Sequence record: DRR723986_3293
DNA: 60,155 nucleotides
Strand: one strand, 5' to 3'
Positions within the stretch are counted from its first letter, which is position 1; every line of letters begins with the position of its first letter. The translations under genes were made by a program, and so were the position numbers. Shown piece by piece: positions 19,828 through 29,776 of the stretch. The notes under the pieces are model-generated. The model had not been told where the DNA came from. It saw nothing but the letters and a program-made list of their open reading frames with translations, and did not search any database.

Positions 19828-20348
19828 GTCTCGAACAACGCATCGCCCGGCTGGAGGCGATTGAGGAGATCCGTTGCCTCAAGGCTCGCTATTTCCATGC
19901 CTGCGATACCAAGCAGCCGGACCTGGTGCGCAGCTGTTTTGCCCCGGGCCCGATTGAGCTTGATTACGGTCGGGTCGGTAGCTTCAGCGATCGCGAGCAG
20001 ATGCTGGAGGTTTTCACCCGGCTGGCTTGCAGTGAGCACATCGTAGAGATGCATCACGGGCAGAACCCGCAGATCGAGATTATCGATGACAACGAGGCCC
20101 GCGCCACCTGGGGCCTGTATTACTACCTCATCGACACCCGCCAGCAGACTGCCACCCAGTTGGGAGGTTTCTACCGCGACGGTTATCAGCGTATCGATGG
20201 CCAGTGGCTCATTACCCGGTCCGTATACGAGGTGGTGTCTACCCAGGTGCTCGACCTGTCCGGTGACTATGCCGCGGCGGTATTTGCCGGTGGGGCGGCT
20301 CCCCGGGAGTTGGATGACCCCGAGCGCCAGGCTCAGGATGCCGGCTGA
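19824..20348 (+). CDS. NTF2/SnoaL-like protein, BaiE/LinA-type dehydratase
   Basis: IRCLKARYFHACD, EMHHGQNPQIEI, GGFYRDGYQRIDGQWLI; overlaps the upstream gene by ATGA. Confidence 0.75.
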   Translation: MSLEQRIARLEAIEEIRCLKARYFHACDTKQPDLVRSCFAPGPIELDYGRVGSFSDREQMLEVFTRLACSEHIVEMHHGQNPQIEIIDDNEARATWGLYYYLIDTRQQTATQLGGFYRDGYQRIDGQWLITRSVYEVVSTQVLDLSGDYAAAVFAGGAAPRELDDPERQAQDAG

Positions 20349-20378
20349 AGCTGCAGCTGGCGATAATCGGGAGCCCGG

Positions 20379-20555
20379 ATGAATACGCTGTTTCTCCTGC
20401 TGCTGATGATTTTTGGCGGGGTGGCGCTGATGGTGGTGCTGGGTGAGCGCTTCGCCAAACCGGCAGACCCGGCCCGGATGAACCAGCTGCGGCGCTGGTT
20501 GATCCCCCTGGTAGGCTTGATGCTTGTACTGTCGCTGGCTGATTACTACTTCTGA
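20379..20555 (+). CDS. small two-helix membrane protein (58 aa, below the ORF-track cutoff)
   Basis: GGGAG RBS; MNTLFLLLLMIFGGVALMVVLGERFAKPADPARMNQLRRWLIPLVGLMLVLSLADYYF*; fills the intergenic gap. Confidence 0.65.
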   Translation: MNTLFLLLLMIFGGVALMVVLGERFAKPADPARMNQLRRWLIPLVGLMLVLSLADYYF

Positions 20556-20635
20556 GGGCTGTTCGCGGCCGACATGGGTGAACAGCATCTGGCGTTCTGG
20601 CAGACTGTGCGACCGGTACTGGCAGGAACAGGGCA

Positions 20636-21760
20636 ATGACTGATCAAGCGGCACTGGCGCGTATGCGCGATGGCAGGTTGTGGAGCGACTTCTGCGAGTC
20701 GCTCAAGCAGGCAGGCGAGGAAATACTCGACCAGCAGGCGCCGGGTGACGACCTGACCCGGGCGGAGGGGTTTCGCTACCTCACCAGGCTGTTGCGTCTC
20801 AGCCTGGAGAAGAACATTGAGTACGGCGACCCTGAGTTTCCGCAGTTCTACTCCCTGTCCCATGAAACCGCCAAGATCGGCAACGACAACCCGGACAATT
20901 TCTACCTCAACTGCGCCGTCAACGGCGGTCGGGATTACCTGATCCAGGGCAACCGCGGTACCGTCGATTACCTCAGTATCGAATCCAAGGCTGGATCATT
21001 TGCCGGCGGCGGTGACATGGCACCCACCGGCCATCTTACCCTCGATGACCTGGAGCTTGATGCGCAGGGCAATTTTGAACTGGTCGTCAGCGCCCGCGAA
21101 CATCCGGGTAACTGGTTACCGATGACCACCGCCACCGATAATCTCCTGGTTCGCCAGACCTTCCGCGACCGGGCCCGGGAGCGTCGCGCAGAGTTCAGTA
21201 TTCGCTGCCTGAACCCTGAGTCGGAGCCGGTGCTCGATCCGGCCGAGTTTGCTGACAATCTGCAGCGGGTGGTCCCCTTTGTGACCGGAACGGCGAGCCT
21301 GTTTCGGGCTTGGATGGAGGGCTTCGGCGAGCATATCAACCAGTTGCCGCCGAATGACCAGTCCATGTGCCTGAGGGCTGGTGGCGACCCGGCTATTTAC
21401 TACCACAACAGCTATTGGCAGCTGGCTCCAGAGCAGGCACTGCTGATCGAATTTGAACCGCCCAAGTCCTGCCGGACCTGGAACTTCCAGCTGTCCAATT
21501 TCTGGATGGAGTCGCTGGATTACCGGTACCACCGGATAAGTATCAATCGCCACAGCGCGAGGGTCGGTGCTGATGGGCAGGTGGTCATCGTGGTCGCCGG
21601 AGAAGACCCGGGCGCCGGCTATCCCAACTGGCTGACTACCGCCGGCCATCCCTGCGGTGCGATGCTGTTGCGCTACGTCGAGGCCAGCGACTTCCCGCCG
21701 GTGCGTACCCGGGTGGTCGCGCTGGCTGAGTTGCAGCGGGGGTTGATAGCAGATGAGTGA
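20636..21760 (+). CDS. DUF1214-domain protein (Rv3531c-like)
   Basis: AEGFRYLTRL, KIGNDNPDNFY, GNRGTVDYL, LVRQTF, WNFQLSNFWMESLDYR, NWLTTAGH. Confidence 0.75.
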   Translation: MTDQAALARMRDGRLWSDFCESLKQAGEEILDQQAPGDDLTRAEGFRYLTRLLRLSLEKNIEYGDPEFPQFYSLSHETAKIGNDNPDNFYLNCAVNGGRDYLIQGNRGTVDYLSIESKAGSFAGGGDMAPTGHLTLDDLELDAQGNFELVVSAREHPGNWLPMTTATDNLLVRQTFRDRARERRAEFSIRCLNPESEPVLDPAEFADNLQRVVPFVTGTASLFRAWMEGFGEHINQLPPNDQSMCLRAGGDPAIYYHNSYWQLAPEQALLIEFEPPKSCRTWNFQLSNFWMESLDYRYHRISINRHSARVGADGQVVIVVAGEDPGAGYPNWLTTAGHPCGAMLLRYVEASDFPPVRTRVVALAELQRGLIADE

Positions 21761-22943
21761 CCCAGGATTCGACATCGATACGGTCATCGCCCGGGCCCAG
21801 GCCGTGGACGGGCTCAGCGATTTCGGCGACGACAGCTGGTACCAGCCACTGCAGAAATTACTCTGGTCGCTCGAGCATGAGGCCCAACTTAACGAAGTCG
21901 GCCGCGCGGTGATGCAGCAGCGGATGGTAGACATTCTGGCAACCCGCCTGCGGGTGCAGGCCTGGGTGACCCGCTTCCCGGAGATTCTGGAAGAGCAGAT
22001 TGAGGCGCCGCTGGTTATTGTCGGCTTGCCGCGCACCGGTACCACCATGTTGCACCGCACTATTGCCGCTGACCCTCGTATGTACGCGCCGCTCTGGTAC
22101 GAGGTCCGTTTTCCCTCGCCGGCGCTGGACTGGGATTTCACCGCCGAGGGTGACCAGCGCATTGTCGATGCGAAAGCAGAAATGCAGGCGATGCTGGATG
22201 CCAACCCCGAACTCATGGCCATCCACCCGATGGATGCCATGGGTCCTGACGAAGACATCATGCTGCTGGAGCAGTCCTTTTACAGTTACAACATCCAGGC
22301 TTTCGCCAACGTACCGAGCTTTGACCAGTGGATCCAGGACCAGGACCACACCCCGGGCTATGAGTACCTGCGCCTGTTATTGCAGTTTTTGCAGTGGCAG
22401 AAACGGCGCAGTGGCCAGTCGGGTCAGCGCTGGACCTTGAAAGCGCCGCATCACCTGCATTTCATGGACCTGGTGTTCAAGGTTTTCCCGGATGCCAGGG
22501 TCGTACAATCCCACCGCGACCCGGTGGAGACAATTCCCTCGCTGGCCAGTCTGATCGCCGGTGTATGGGTGATATACTCGGACAGCGCGGACCCGGTGGA
22601 GGTCGGTCGCCAGTGGGCGGACAAGTTTGCCCGCGGCATGCGACACACCATGGCGGTCCGTGACGAACTGGGCGATGCGCGGTTCCTGGACCTCTGGTTC
22701 AGGGATACGGTGAGCCAGCCGCTGGTTGAAATCCAGAAAGTCTACGAGTTTCTCGGGATGGACCTGACACCCGAGGCACGCGCCGAAATGGCGCAGTGGC
22801 AGTCCTTCAACCGGCGTGAGCTGCGGCCCCCTCACGAGTACACACTGGACCAGTTCGGGTTCAGCGAGGAAGGCCTGAGGCAACAGTTTGCCGACTACCG
22901 GGAGCGTTTTATTACGCCCCACGAGCGAGATGAGCAGGCCTGA
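21753..22943 (+). CDS. PAPS-dependent sulfotransferase (Sulfotransfer_3, Stf1-like)
   Basis: 5'-PSB loop VGLPRTGTT, LKAPHHL, 3'-PB HRDPVETIPS, C-terminal HEYTLDQFG. Confidence 0.88.
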   Translation: MSDPGFDIDTVIARAQAVDGLSDFGDDSWYQPLQKLLWSLEHEAQLNEVGRAVMQQRMVDILATRLRVQAWVTRFPEILEEQIEAPLVIVGLPRTGTTMLHRTIAADPRMYAPLWYEVRFPSPALDWDFTAEGDQRIVDAKAEMQAMLDANPELMAIHPMDAMGPDEDIMLLEQSFYSYNIQAFANVPSFDQWIQDQDHTPGYEYLRLLLQFLQWQKRRSGQSGQRWTLKAPHHLHFMDLVFKVFPDARVVQSHRDPVETIPSLASLIAGVWVIYSDSADPVEVGRQWADKFARGMRHTMAVRDELGDARFLDLWFRDTVSQPLVEIQKVYEFLGMDLTPEARAEMAQWQSFNRRELRPPHEYTLDQFGFSEEGLRQQFADYRERFITPHERDEQA

Positions 22944-22986
22944 CGCCTGATCTATTACAACAGCAGATAGTGGAGTTAACGACAGT

Positions 22987-23610
22987 ATGGCGGAGCAAAA
23001 GGCGACAAACGTCCATTGGCACGAGGGTGACATCACCCGGGAACATCGTGCCCGTATCCTCGGACACAAGGGCGCGACCCTGTGGTTTACCGGGCTTTCC
23101 GGTAGTGGCAAGAGCACGGTCGCCGTGGAGCTGGAAGGCATGCTCAGCGAGATGGGCGTGCTGGCGTACCGCCTGGACGGCGACAATGTGCGGATGGGGA
23201 TCAACAAGAATCTCGGCTTTAGCGCCGAGGACCGCACCGAGAATATCCGCCGTATTGGCGAAGTGGCCAAGCTGTTCGTAGACAGCGGCGTCATTGCCCT
23301 GAGCAGCTTCATCAGCCCTTACGCAGCCGACCGCGACCAGGTACGCGCCCTGCACGAAGAAGCGGGCATGGATTTTATCGAGGTGTTTGTCGATTGTTCC
23401 CTGGAGGCTGCCGAGAGCCGCGATCCCAAGGGCCTGTACAAAAAGGCGCGGGCTGGCGAGATCAAGAACTTCACCGGCATCGATGACCCCTATGAAGCCC
23501 CGGCGAAGCCCGAGATTCACCTGCACTCCGACCAGCAAAGCCTGGAGGAGGAAGTGCAGGAAATCCTGGCCGTATTGCGCGATCGCGGCATTATCAGCGG
23601 CAACCAGTAA
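22987..23610 (+). CDS. cysC: adenylyl-sulfate (APS) kinase
   Basis: WFTGLSGSGKST, LDGDNVR, RDPKGLYKKARAGEIKNFTGIDDPYE. Confidence 0.97.
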   Translation: MAEQKATNVHWHEGDITREHRARILGHKGATLWFTGLSGSGKSTVAVELEGMLSEMGVLAYRLDGDNVRMGINKNLGFSAEDRTENIRRIGEVAKLFVDSGVIALSSFISPYAADRDQVRALHEEAGMDFIEVFVDCSLEAAESRDPKGLYKKARAGEIKNFTGIDDPYEAPAKPEIHLHSDQQSLEEEVQEILAVLRDRGIISGNQ

Positions 23611-23636
23611 GCACCGAATTAATTCCGGAGAACCCC

Positions 23637-24824
23637 ATGATCAAACCTCACGGCTCTGAGCAGCTGAACCCCTTGTATGTCACCGACGATGCCGCCCGGG
23701 CCGCGTTGGTGGCCGAGGCAGAAACGCTGCCGTCACTGTTACTGAACTCCGCCGCCGCCGCCAATGCGGTCATGCTCGGTGCGGGTTACTTCAACCCGCT
23801 TACCGGGTACATGAACCTCGCGGATTCTTTGAGCGTCGCGGAAAATCTTCGTACCAGCGACGGCCTGTTCTGGCCAGTACCAATCGTCAACCTGACCAGC
23901 GAGACGGGTATTGAAGCAGGTAGCCGGATTGCCCTGCGCGACCCCAATGTTGATGGTCACCCGGTGCTGGCGGTCATGGATGTGGCTGCGGTGGAAACGG
24001 TGACCGAGGAGCAGATCCAGCACATGGCGGAGAAGGTGTTCCGCACCCTGGATCCGGAGCACCCCGGCGTCGCCACGTTCACCAGCCTGGGGCGGACCTT
24101 GCTCTCAGGGCCCATCCAGGTGCTGAACTATTCATACTTCCAGGCCGACTTCCCGGACACCTTCCGCACCGCCTATGAGATCCGCGAGGAGATCGGTCGG
24201 CGTGGCTGGGAAAAAGTCGTGGCTTTCCAGACTCGCAACCCGATGCACCGGGCCCACGAGGAACTCTGTCGGATGGCGATGGAAGATCTTGAGGCCGACG
24301 GTATCCTGATTCATATGCTGCTGGGCAAGCTCAAGCCGGGCGACATACCGGCCGATGTGCGTGATGCATCGATTCGCAAGATGGTCGACGTGTACTTCCC
24401 GGAGAATACGGTGATGATCACCGGCTATGGCTTTGACATGCTCTACGCCGGCCCGAGGGAAGCGGTACTGCACGCGGTGTTCCGCCAGAACTGTGGTTGT
24501 ACCCACCTTATCGTCGGCCGTGACCACGCGGGTGTGGGGGACTACTACGGTGGTTTCGACGCCCAGACCATCTTCGACGAGGAGGTTCCCGAGGGGGCAC
24601 TTGAACTGGACATCTATCGCGCGGACCACACGGCCTACAGCAAGAAGCTGGACCGGGTGGTGATGATGCGCGACGCCCCCGATCACGGTAAGGACGACTT
24701 TGTACTGCTGTCCGGTACCGCGGTGCGCGAGATGCTGGGTAAGGGCATAGCACCGCCCCCCGAGTTTTCCCGCCCGGAAGTCGCCCAGATCCTGATGGAC
24801 TATTACCAGACACAGGATAACTGA
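23637..24824 (+). CDS. sat: homo-oligomeric ATP sulfurylase (Sat type)
   Basis: AFQTRNPMHRAHE, YAGPREAVLHA, IVGRDHAGVG, LSGTAVR, PPEFSRPEV. Confidence 0.95.
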   Translation: MIKPHGSEQLNPLYVTDDAARAALVAEAETLPSLLLNSAAAANAVMLGAGYFNPLTGYMNLADSLSVAENLRTSDGLFWPVPIVNLTSETGIEAGSRIALRDPNVDGHPVLAVMDVAAVETVTEEQIQHMAEKVFRTLDPEHPGVATFTSLGRTLLSGPIQVLNYSYFQADFPDTFRTAYEIREEIGRRGWEKVVAFQTRNPMHRAHEELCRMAMEDLEADGILIHMLLGKLKPGDIPADVRDASIRKMVDVYFPENTVMITGYGFDMLYAGPREAVLHAVFRQNCGCTHLIVGRDHAGVGDYYGGFDAQTIFDEEVPEGALELDIYRADHTAYSKKLDRVVMMRDAPDHGKDDFVLLSGTAVREMLGKGIAPPPEFSRPEVAQILMDYYQTQDN

Positions 24825-24833
24825 TGACCTTCA

Positions 24834-24873
24834 GGCGGCGGCTCCCCGGCCTGAATGCCGGGTAGCTGTCGCC
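24834..24873. terminator. GC-rich hairpin after sat (possible terminator or stability element)
   Basis: GGCGGCGGCTCCCCGGC-ctgaat-GCCGGGTAGCTGTCGCC, an imperfect stem of about 17 bp with no U-tract. Confidence 0.35.
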
Positions 24874-25034
24874 CGCTATGACCCCGCTCCCTGTCCCGGG
24901 TCTTCACCGGGTGGGGTGGCCGGGCGTCAGTTTGGGCAGAATCGCAGCCGATAAGCGCAATTTCGCTGGGAAATTCTGTTTTTTCCCGGTTTTTTCATAA
25001 AAATGTCACGGTTTTCTCTTTCAATCGGGCACCC

Positions 25035-25040
25035 TATAAT
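25035..25040 (+). promoter_or_regulatory. -10 box of the gsp operon promoter
   Basis: Perfect TATAAT at the end of an AT-rich tract about 60 nt before gspC. Confidence 0.5.
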
Positions 25041-25097
25041 CGACCTTTGATCCCCTGGGTGCGGCGCAAGCCCAGGGGTAGCGGACGGGAGTGCACA

Positions 25098-26150
25098 TTG
25101 CCGGTTAACTGGCCATCCAATACCAGTGACGTTCCTGCGCGTCTCACCGACGCCCTGGAGCGGGCATGGCACTATCTGTCCCAGCCGGAACGGGCGGTTC
25201 GTCTGCGCCGCATGCTCGCTGCGCTATTCATTCTGTGGCTGGTCTATGCCCTCGCCAGCCTGGTCTGGGCGCTGTTGCCGCAACCCGAATCAGCCCCCGC
25301 CCCGCTGCAGCAACTGGTCAATCCGGCCAGCCCCGCAGCCACTGCCATAGCCCGTAAACCGGTCGATATCGAACAGATGGTCGCCTGGCACCTGTTTGGT
25401 GAAGCGGGGGAGGCTGTCCCCGGGGTCCAGGAAGAGCTGGCACCGACCGACGACTCGCGCGAAGGCATCGAACAGGGGGCACGGGAGACCCGTCTCGACC
25501 TGGTGCTGCGGGGGGTGCTGGCTTCCACCGCCGATGGGCTGGGTCACGCGATCATTGAACACCGCTCGCGGCAGCAGGTGTACACCGTCGACGATGAATT
25601 GCCGGTCGCCGGCAAAGTGGTGCTGGCCAAGGTGATGCCGACCCAGGTCGTGCTTGATAATGCCGGCACCTACGAGTTGCTGACCCTGTTCGATGAGACT
25701 GCGCTGGATGGTGTGTTGCAGGCGGCAGAGCGCGAATCACCGCCGTCGCGGCCGACACCGGGACCCGCCGCGGCGAGTGACGCGGCAGTGCAGATCGACA
25801 AGCGCGAGGATCAGGCGGCCAGCGAGCTGGCGGGTAGTTACCGGGACCAGTTGTACCAGGATCCGGGCGCCCTGGCGGATGTGGTCCGGATCAGTGCCGT
25901 CCGGGAGGGCGGCGAATTGCGGGGTTACCGCGTTGCGCCCGGCCGTAATGCTGAGCAGTTCACGCAATTGGGTTTCGAGGCGGGTGACCTGGTGACCGCT
26001 GTTAATGGCTTTGCCCTGGATGACCCCGCGAACACAATGCGCCTGTACCAGACGATGCGCGAAGCGGGCGAGGCCGTGTTCGATCTCGAGCGCGATGGCC
26101 AGGCGGTATCGGTGGCGGTGACCTTGGGTGCCGCCGGTGATCAACGGTGA
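25098..26150 (+). CDS. gspC: type II secretion protein C
   Basis: N-terminal TM, HLFG, HR domain (ETRLDLVLRGV), C-terminal PDZ (GYRVAPG, GDLVTAVNG); TTG start after GGGAG. Confidence 0.9.
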   Translation: MPVNWPSNTSDVPARLTDALERAWHYLSQPERAVRLRRMLAALFILWLVYALASLVWALLPQPESAPAPLQQLVNPASPAATAIARKPVDIEQMVAWHLFGEAGEAVPGVQEELAPTDDSREGIEQGARETRLDLVLRGVLASTADGLGHAIIEHRSRQQVYTVDDELPVAGKVVLAKVMPTQVVLDNAGTYELLTLFDETALDGVLQAAERESPPSRPTPGPAAASDAAVQIDKREDQAASELAGSYRDQLYQDPGALADVVRISAVREGGELRGYRVAPGRNAEQFTQLGFEAGDLVTAVNGFALDDPANTMRLYQTMREAGEAVFDLERDGQAVSVAVTLGAAGDQR

Positions 26151-26176
26151 TAGAGTCGGGTAAACGGGGTTGGGGT

Positions 26177-28237
26177 ATGGCAGTGTCTGAGAACGGCGAT
26201 CGATTCAGGGCGGGGCGACGCTTGGTGCGTCCCGGCCTGCTGGTGCTGGCCCTGTGTGCCGGCCTGGTGGCTGCCCCGTCGTTTGCCCAGGATTACACGG
26301 TTAATCTCAAGGAAACCGATATCCAGGAGTTGATCAAGTTCGTCGCCGATGCCACCGGCACCACCATCGTGGTGGATCCGGCGGTCAAGGGTAAGGTCAA
26401 GGTGGTTTCCTCCAAGCCGGTGTCCCGCAATGAGCTCTACGACCTGTTCCTGTCGATTCTCGAGGTTCACGGCTATACCGCTGTGCGTTCCGGGGGAGTG
26501 GTGCGGGTTATCCAGAGTAAGGACGCCCGCTCAGCGCCGGTTGCGGTACGCGACGAGGGGCCGCGGGGTGGCGGCGATGAATACGTCACCCAGGTAATCC
26601 GCCTGGAGAATATCTCCGCCGCCAAGCTGATTCCGGTATTGCGCCCGCTGGTGCCCCAGCAGGCCCACATGGCGGCCTATGCTCCCAGCAATGCCATCAT
26701 CATTTCCGATGTCGCCTCCAACATCAATCGTATCCAGGACATCATCCAGCGCATGGATCGCACGGCGGTGCAGCAAACCACGATCGTCCAGCTCAAGTAC
26801 GCGGTGGCCGAGGACGTGGTGAGAATGCTGGATGAGCTGAAGAAGTCCGAGGCCCAGCAGGGTGGCGGCGGCGATCCGGAAGTGTTGCTGGTGGCGGACA
26901 CCCGAACCAACAGCGTGCTGGTCAGTGCGGACGAGCTGGAAGGCGCGCGGATCAAGCGCCTGATCGCGCACCTGGACACGCCCTTGCAGCAAAGCGGCAA
27001 CGTCAAGGTGATCTACCTGGAATACGCCCAGGCATCAGAGATCGCCGAGGTGCTGACCCGGGTGATGCAAAACATCACCGCCCTGGACGAAGAGGGCAAA
27101 ACCCAGCGCCGCAGCAGCAAGAGCTCTACCATCGAGGCGGACGAGGGCACCAACTCGCTGATCATCACCGCCGACCCGGATGAGATGGCGGCCCTGGAGC
27201 TGGTAATCCAGCGCCTCGACATCCGCCGGGCCCAGGTCCTGGTGGAGGCGATTATCGTTGAGATGGAGCTGACTGACGGCCAGGACCTCGGCCTGCAATG
27301 GCTGTTCGTCAATAACGATGGCTTCTATGGCAGTAATATCAATGACCTGGAGCGGGCGGGGTCGATAGCAGGCGCGATTCGTCCGGGTGATGATGACTCG
27401 ACCGACAATAACGGCGACAACGACTTTAATGTGGCTGATCTTGCCGGCGCTCTGGCCGGGACCCCGGGCTTGTCGCTGGGTTGGGGCACAGTGGACGATG
27501 ACCTGACCATGACCGTCATTCTCAATGCGCTGAAGCAGCAGACCAACGCCAACATCCTGTCGACACCCTCGCTGCTCACCCTGGATAACCAGGATGCCTA
27601 TATCACGGTGGGCCAGAATGTCCCCTTTGTCACCGGCTCATTTACCAACACGGGCTCCGGTGGTGATGGCGCGCAGAACCCTTTCCAGACCATTGAACGG
27701 GAGAATGTGGGCATCACGCTCAGCGTCACGCCGCATGTCAACGAGGGTGATTCCGTGGTGCTGGATATCGAGCAGGAGGTATCCAGTGTCATCGCCGGTG
27801 GCGCGACCCTGGCCCAGGCCTCTGATGTGATCACCAGCGAACGTAAAATCCAGACCAAGGTGCTGGCCCAGGATGGCCGGGTGGTGGTGCTTGGCGGCCT
27901 GATCAAGGACGACATCCAGGACGGCCAGCAGAAAGTGCCGATCCTCGGCGATATCCCGTTCCTCGGGCGCCTGTTCCGCAGTGACTCGGTGACGGTGAAA
28001 AAGACCAACCTGCTGATTTTTATCCGGCCGACAATTATTCGTGATAACGAGCAGCTGGCGGGTGCGACGGCGGAGAAGTACCGCTTTATTCGCGAGCAGC
28101 AGGCGATACGGCGCGAGCGTGGGCTGATGTTCCTCGACGACGATAACCTGCCGCTGCTGCCCGAATGGGAGGAACAGATCAAGCAGCTCGACGAGATCAA
28201 GCAGGGCGCTGAAACGGCGGAGCCGGAGGCACCCTGA
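26177..28237 (+). CDS. gspD: type II secretion secretin D
   Basis: N0-N3 domains, [45 protein letters not shown]. Confidence 0.95.
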   Translation: MAVSENGDRFRAGRRLVRPGLLVLALCAGLVAAPSFAQDYTVNLKETDIQELIKFVADATGTTIVVDPAVKGKVKVVSSKPVSRNELYDLFLSILEVHGYTAVRSGGVVRVIQSKDARSAPVAVRDEGPRGGGDEYVTQVIRLENISAAKLIPVLRPLVPQQAHMAAYAPSNAIIISDVASNINRIQDIIQRMDRTAVQQTTIVQLKYAVAEDVVRMLDELKKSEAQQGGGGDPEVLLVADTRTNSVLVSADELEGARIKRLIAHLDTPLQQSGNVKVIYLEYAQASEIAEVLTRVMQNITALDEEGKTQRRSSKSSTIEADEGTNSLIITADPDEMAALELVIQRLDIRRAQVLVEAIIVEMELTDGQDLGLQWLFVNNDGFYGSNINDLERAGSIAGAIRPGDDDSTDNNGDNDFNVADLAGALAGTPGLSLGWGTVDDDLTMTVILNALKQQTNANILSTPSLLTLDNQDAYITVGQNVPFVTGSFTNTGSGGDGAQNPFQTIERENVGITLSVTPHVNEGDSVVLDIEQEVSSVIAGGATLAQASDVITSERKIQTKVLAQDGRVVVLGGLIKDDIQDGQQKVPILGDIPFLGRLFRSDSVTVKKTNLLIFIRPTIIRDNEQLAGATAEKYRFIREQQAIRRERGLMFLDDDNLPLLPEWEEQIKQLDEIKQGAETAEPEAP

Positions 28238-29757
28238 TGGACGGCGCCGAATTGCTGGAGTCGGTACCGGAGGATGCGGTGGTCGCCACTGGGGACCGCG
28301 GTCTTCCCTTTGCCTTTGCCAAGGATAAGGGCGTGCTGCTCGACAGTGCCGGCACTGAGCCGGTGGTATATATCCAGCGACAACCGCCGCTGCAGGTCAT
28401 TGCTGAGCTGCGCCGGGTCGTTGGCGGCCCGTTCCGTATCGAAGCGGTGTCTGACGAGGAGTTTCAGCAGCGCCTGACCCGTGCCTACCAGCGCGGGAAC
28501 AATGAGGCGGTGCAGATGGCGGAGGATCTCAGCGCCGACGTCGACCTCAGTCGGCTGGCGGATGAGATTCCCGAAGCCGGCGACCTGATGGACGCCGAGG
28601 ATGACGCGCCGATCATCCGCCTGATCAATGCCATCCTGTCCCAGGCTGTGCGCGAGCAGGCATCGGATATTCATATCGAGACCTTTGAGGACCGGCTCAG
28701 CGTGCGCTACCGGGTGGACGGTGTGCTGTCCGAGGTGCTGTCGCCCAAGCGGATGCTGGCGCCCCTGCTGGTGTCCCGGCTGAAGGTCATGGCCAAGCTG
28801 GATATCGCGGAAAAACGCCTGCCCCAGGACGGCCGGATCACGGTGCGTATCGCTGGACATGCGGTAGATATCCGGATGTCGACCATCCCCTCGGCTCACG
28901 GCGAACGCGTGGTGCTGCGCCTGCTGGATAAGCAGGCTGGCCAGCTGCAGTTGGCCCAGCTGGCGATGAACAAGCAGGTGCTGGAGGGCTATACCCGCTG
29001 CCTGCGTAGCCCGCACGGGATCATCCTGGTCACCGGCCCCACCGGTTCGGGTAAAACCACCACCCTGTACGCGGGCCTGTCCCATATCAACGAGGCCTCG
29101 CGCAATATCCTGACCATTGAGGACCCGATCGAATACATGTTGCCCGGGATCGGCCAGACCCAGGTCAACACCAAGGTTGATATGACTTTCGCTCGGGGAC
29201 TCAGGGCGATCCTGCGCCAGGACCCGGATATCGTGATGGTGGGCGAGATCCGCGACCTGGAAACCGCTGAGATTGCGGTACAGGCCTCGCTCACCGGCCA
29301 CCTGGTGCTGTCCACCTTGCACACCAATACGGCTGTTGGCGCTATTACCCGGCTCCAGGACATGGGTATCGAGCCCTTCCTGCTGTCGTCCAGCCTGCTC
29401 GCGGTCATGGCCCAGCGCCTGGTGCGGCTGCTCTGCACTGAGTGCCGCGGCGGCGTCGAGCCTTCGACGACCGAATGGGAGTTGTTGGGCCGGCAGGGGG
29501 CACCCGACCGGCAGATCTACCGACCGGTAGGCTGCGCGAAGTGCAACTTCACCGGCTACCGGGGACGCACCGGTATCTATGAACTCATCGAGGTCGACGA
29601 CACCCTGCGGCTGATGATTCACGGCGGCGCCAGCGAGCAGGAGATGCTCGCCCACGCCCGGGAGCATTATCCCGGTATCCAGGAAGATGGCAGGCGCCGG
29701 GTACTGGCCGGGGAGACCAGTCTCGAGGAGGTGCTGCGCGTCACCTCCGTGACCTGA
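28237..29757 (+). CDS. gspE: type II secretion ATPase E
   Basis: [37 protein letters not shown], two CxxC motifs. Confidence 0.95.
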   Translation: MDGAELLESVPEDAVVATGDRGLPFAFAKDKGVLLDSAGTEPVVYIQRQPPLQVIAELRRVVGGPFRIEAVSDEEFQQRLTRAYQRGNNEAVQMAEDLSADVDLSRLADEIPEAGDLMDAEDDAPIIRLINAILSQAVREQASDIHIETFEDRLSVRYRVDGVLSEVLSPKRMLAPLLVSRLKVMAKLDIAEKRLPQDGRITVRIAGHAVDIRMSTIPSAHGERVVLRLLDKQAGQLQLAQLAMNKQVLEGYTRCLRSPHGIILVTGPTGSGKTTTLYAGLSHINEASRNILTIEDPIEYMLPGIGQTQVNTKVDMTFARGLRAILRQDPDIVMVGEIRDLETAEIAVQASLTGHLVLSTLHTNTAVGAITRLQDMGIEPFLLSSSLLAVMAQRLVRLLCTECRGGVEPSTTEWELLGRQGAPDRQIYRPVGCAKCNFTGYRGRTGIYELIEVDDTLRLMIHGGASEQEMLAHAREHYPGIQEDGRRRVLAGETSLEEVLRVTSVT

Positions 29758-29776
29758 CGCACAGCGCCGCACAGCC

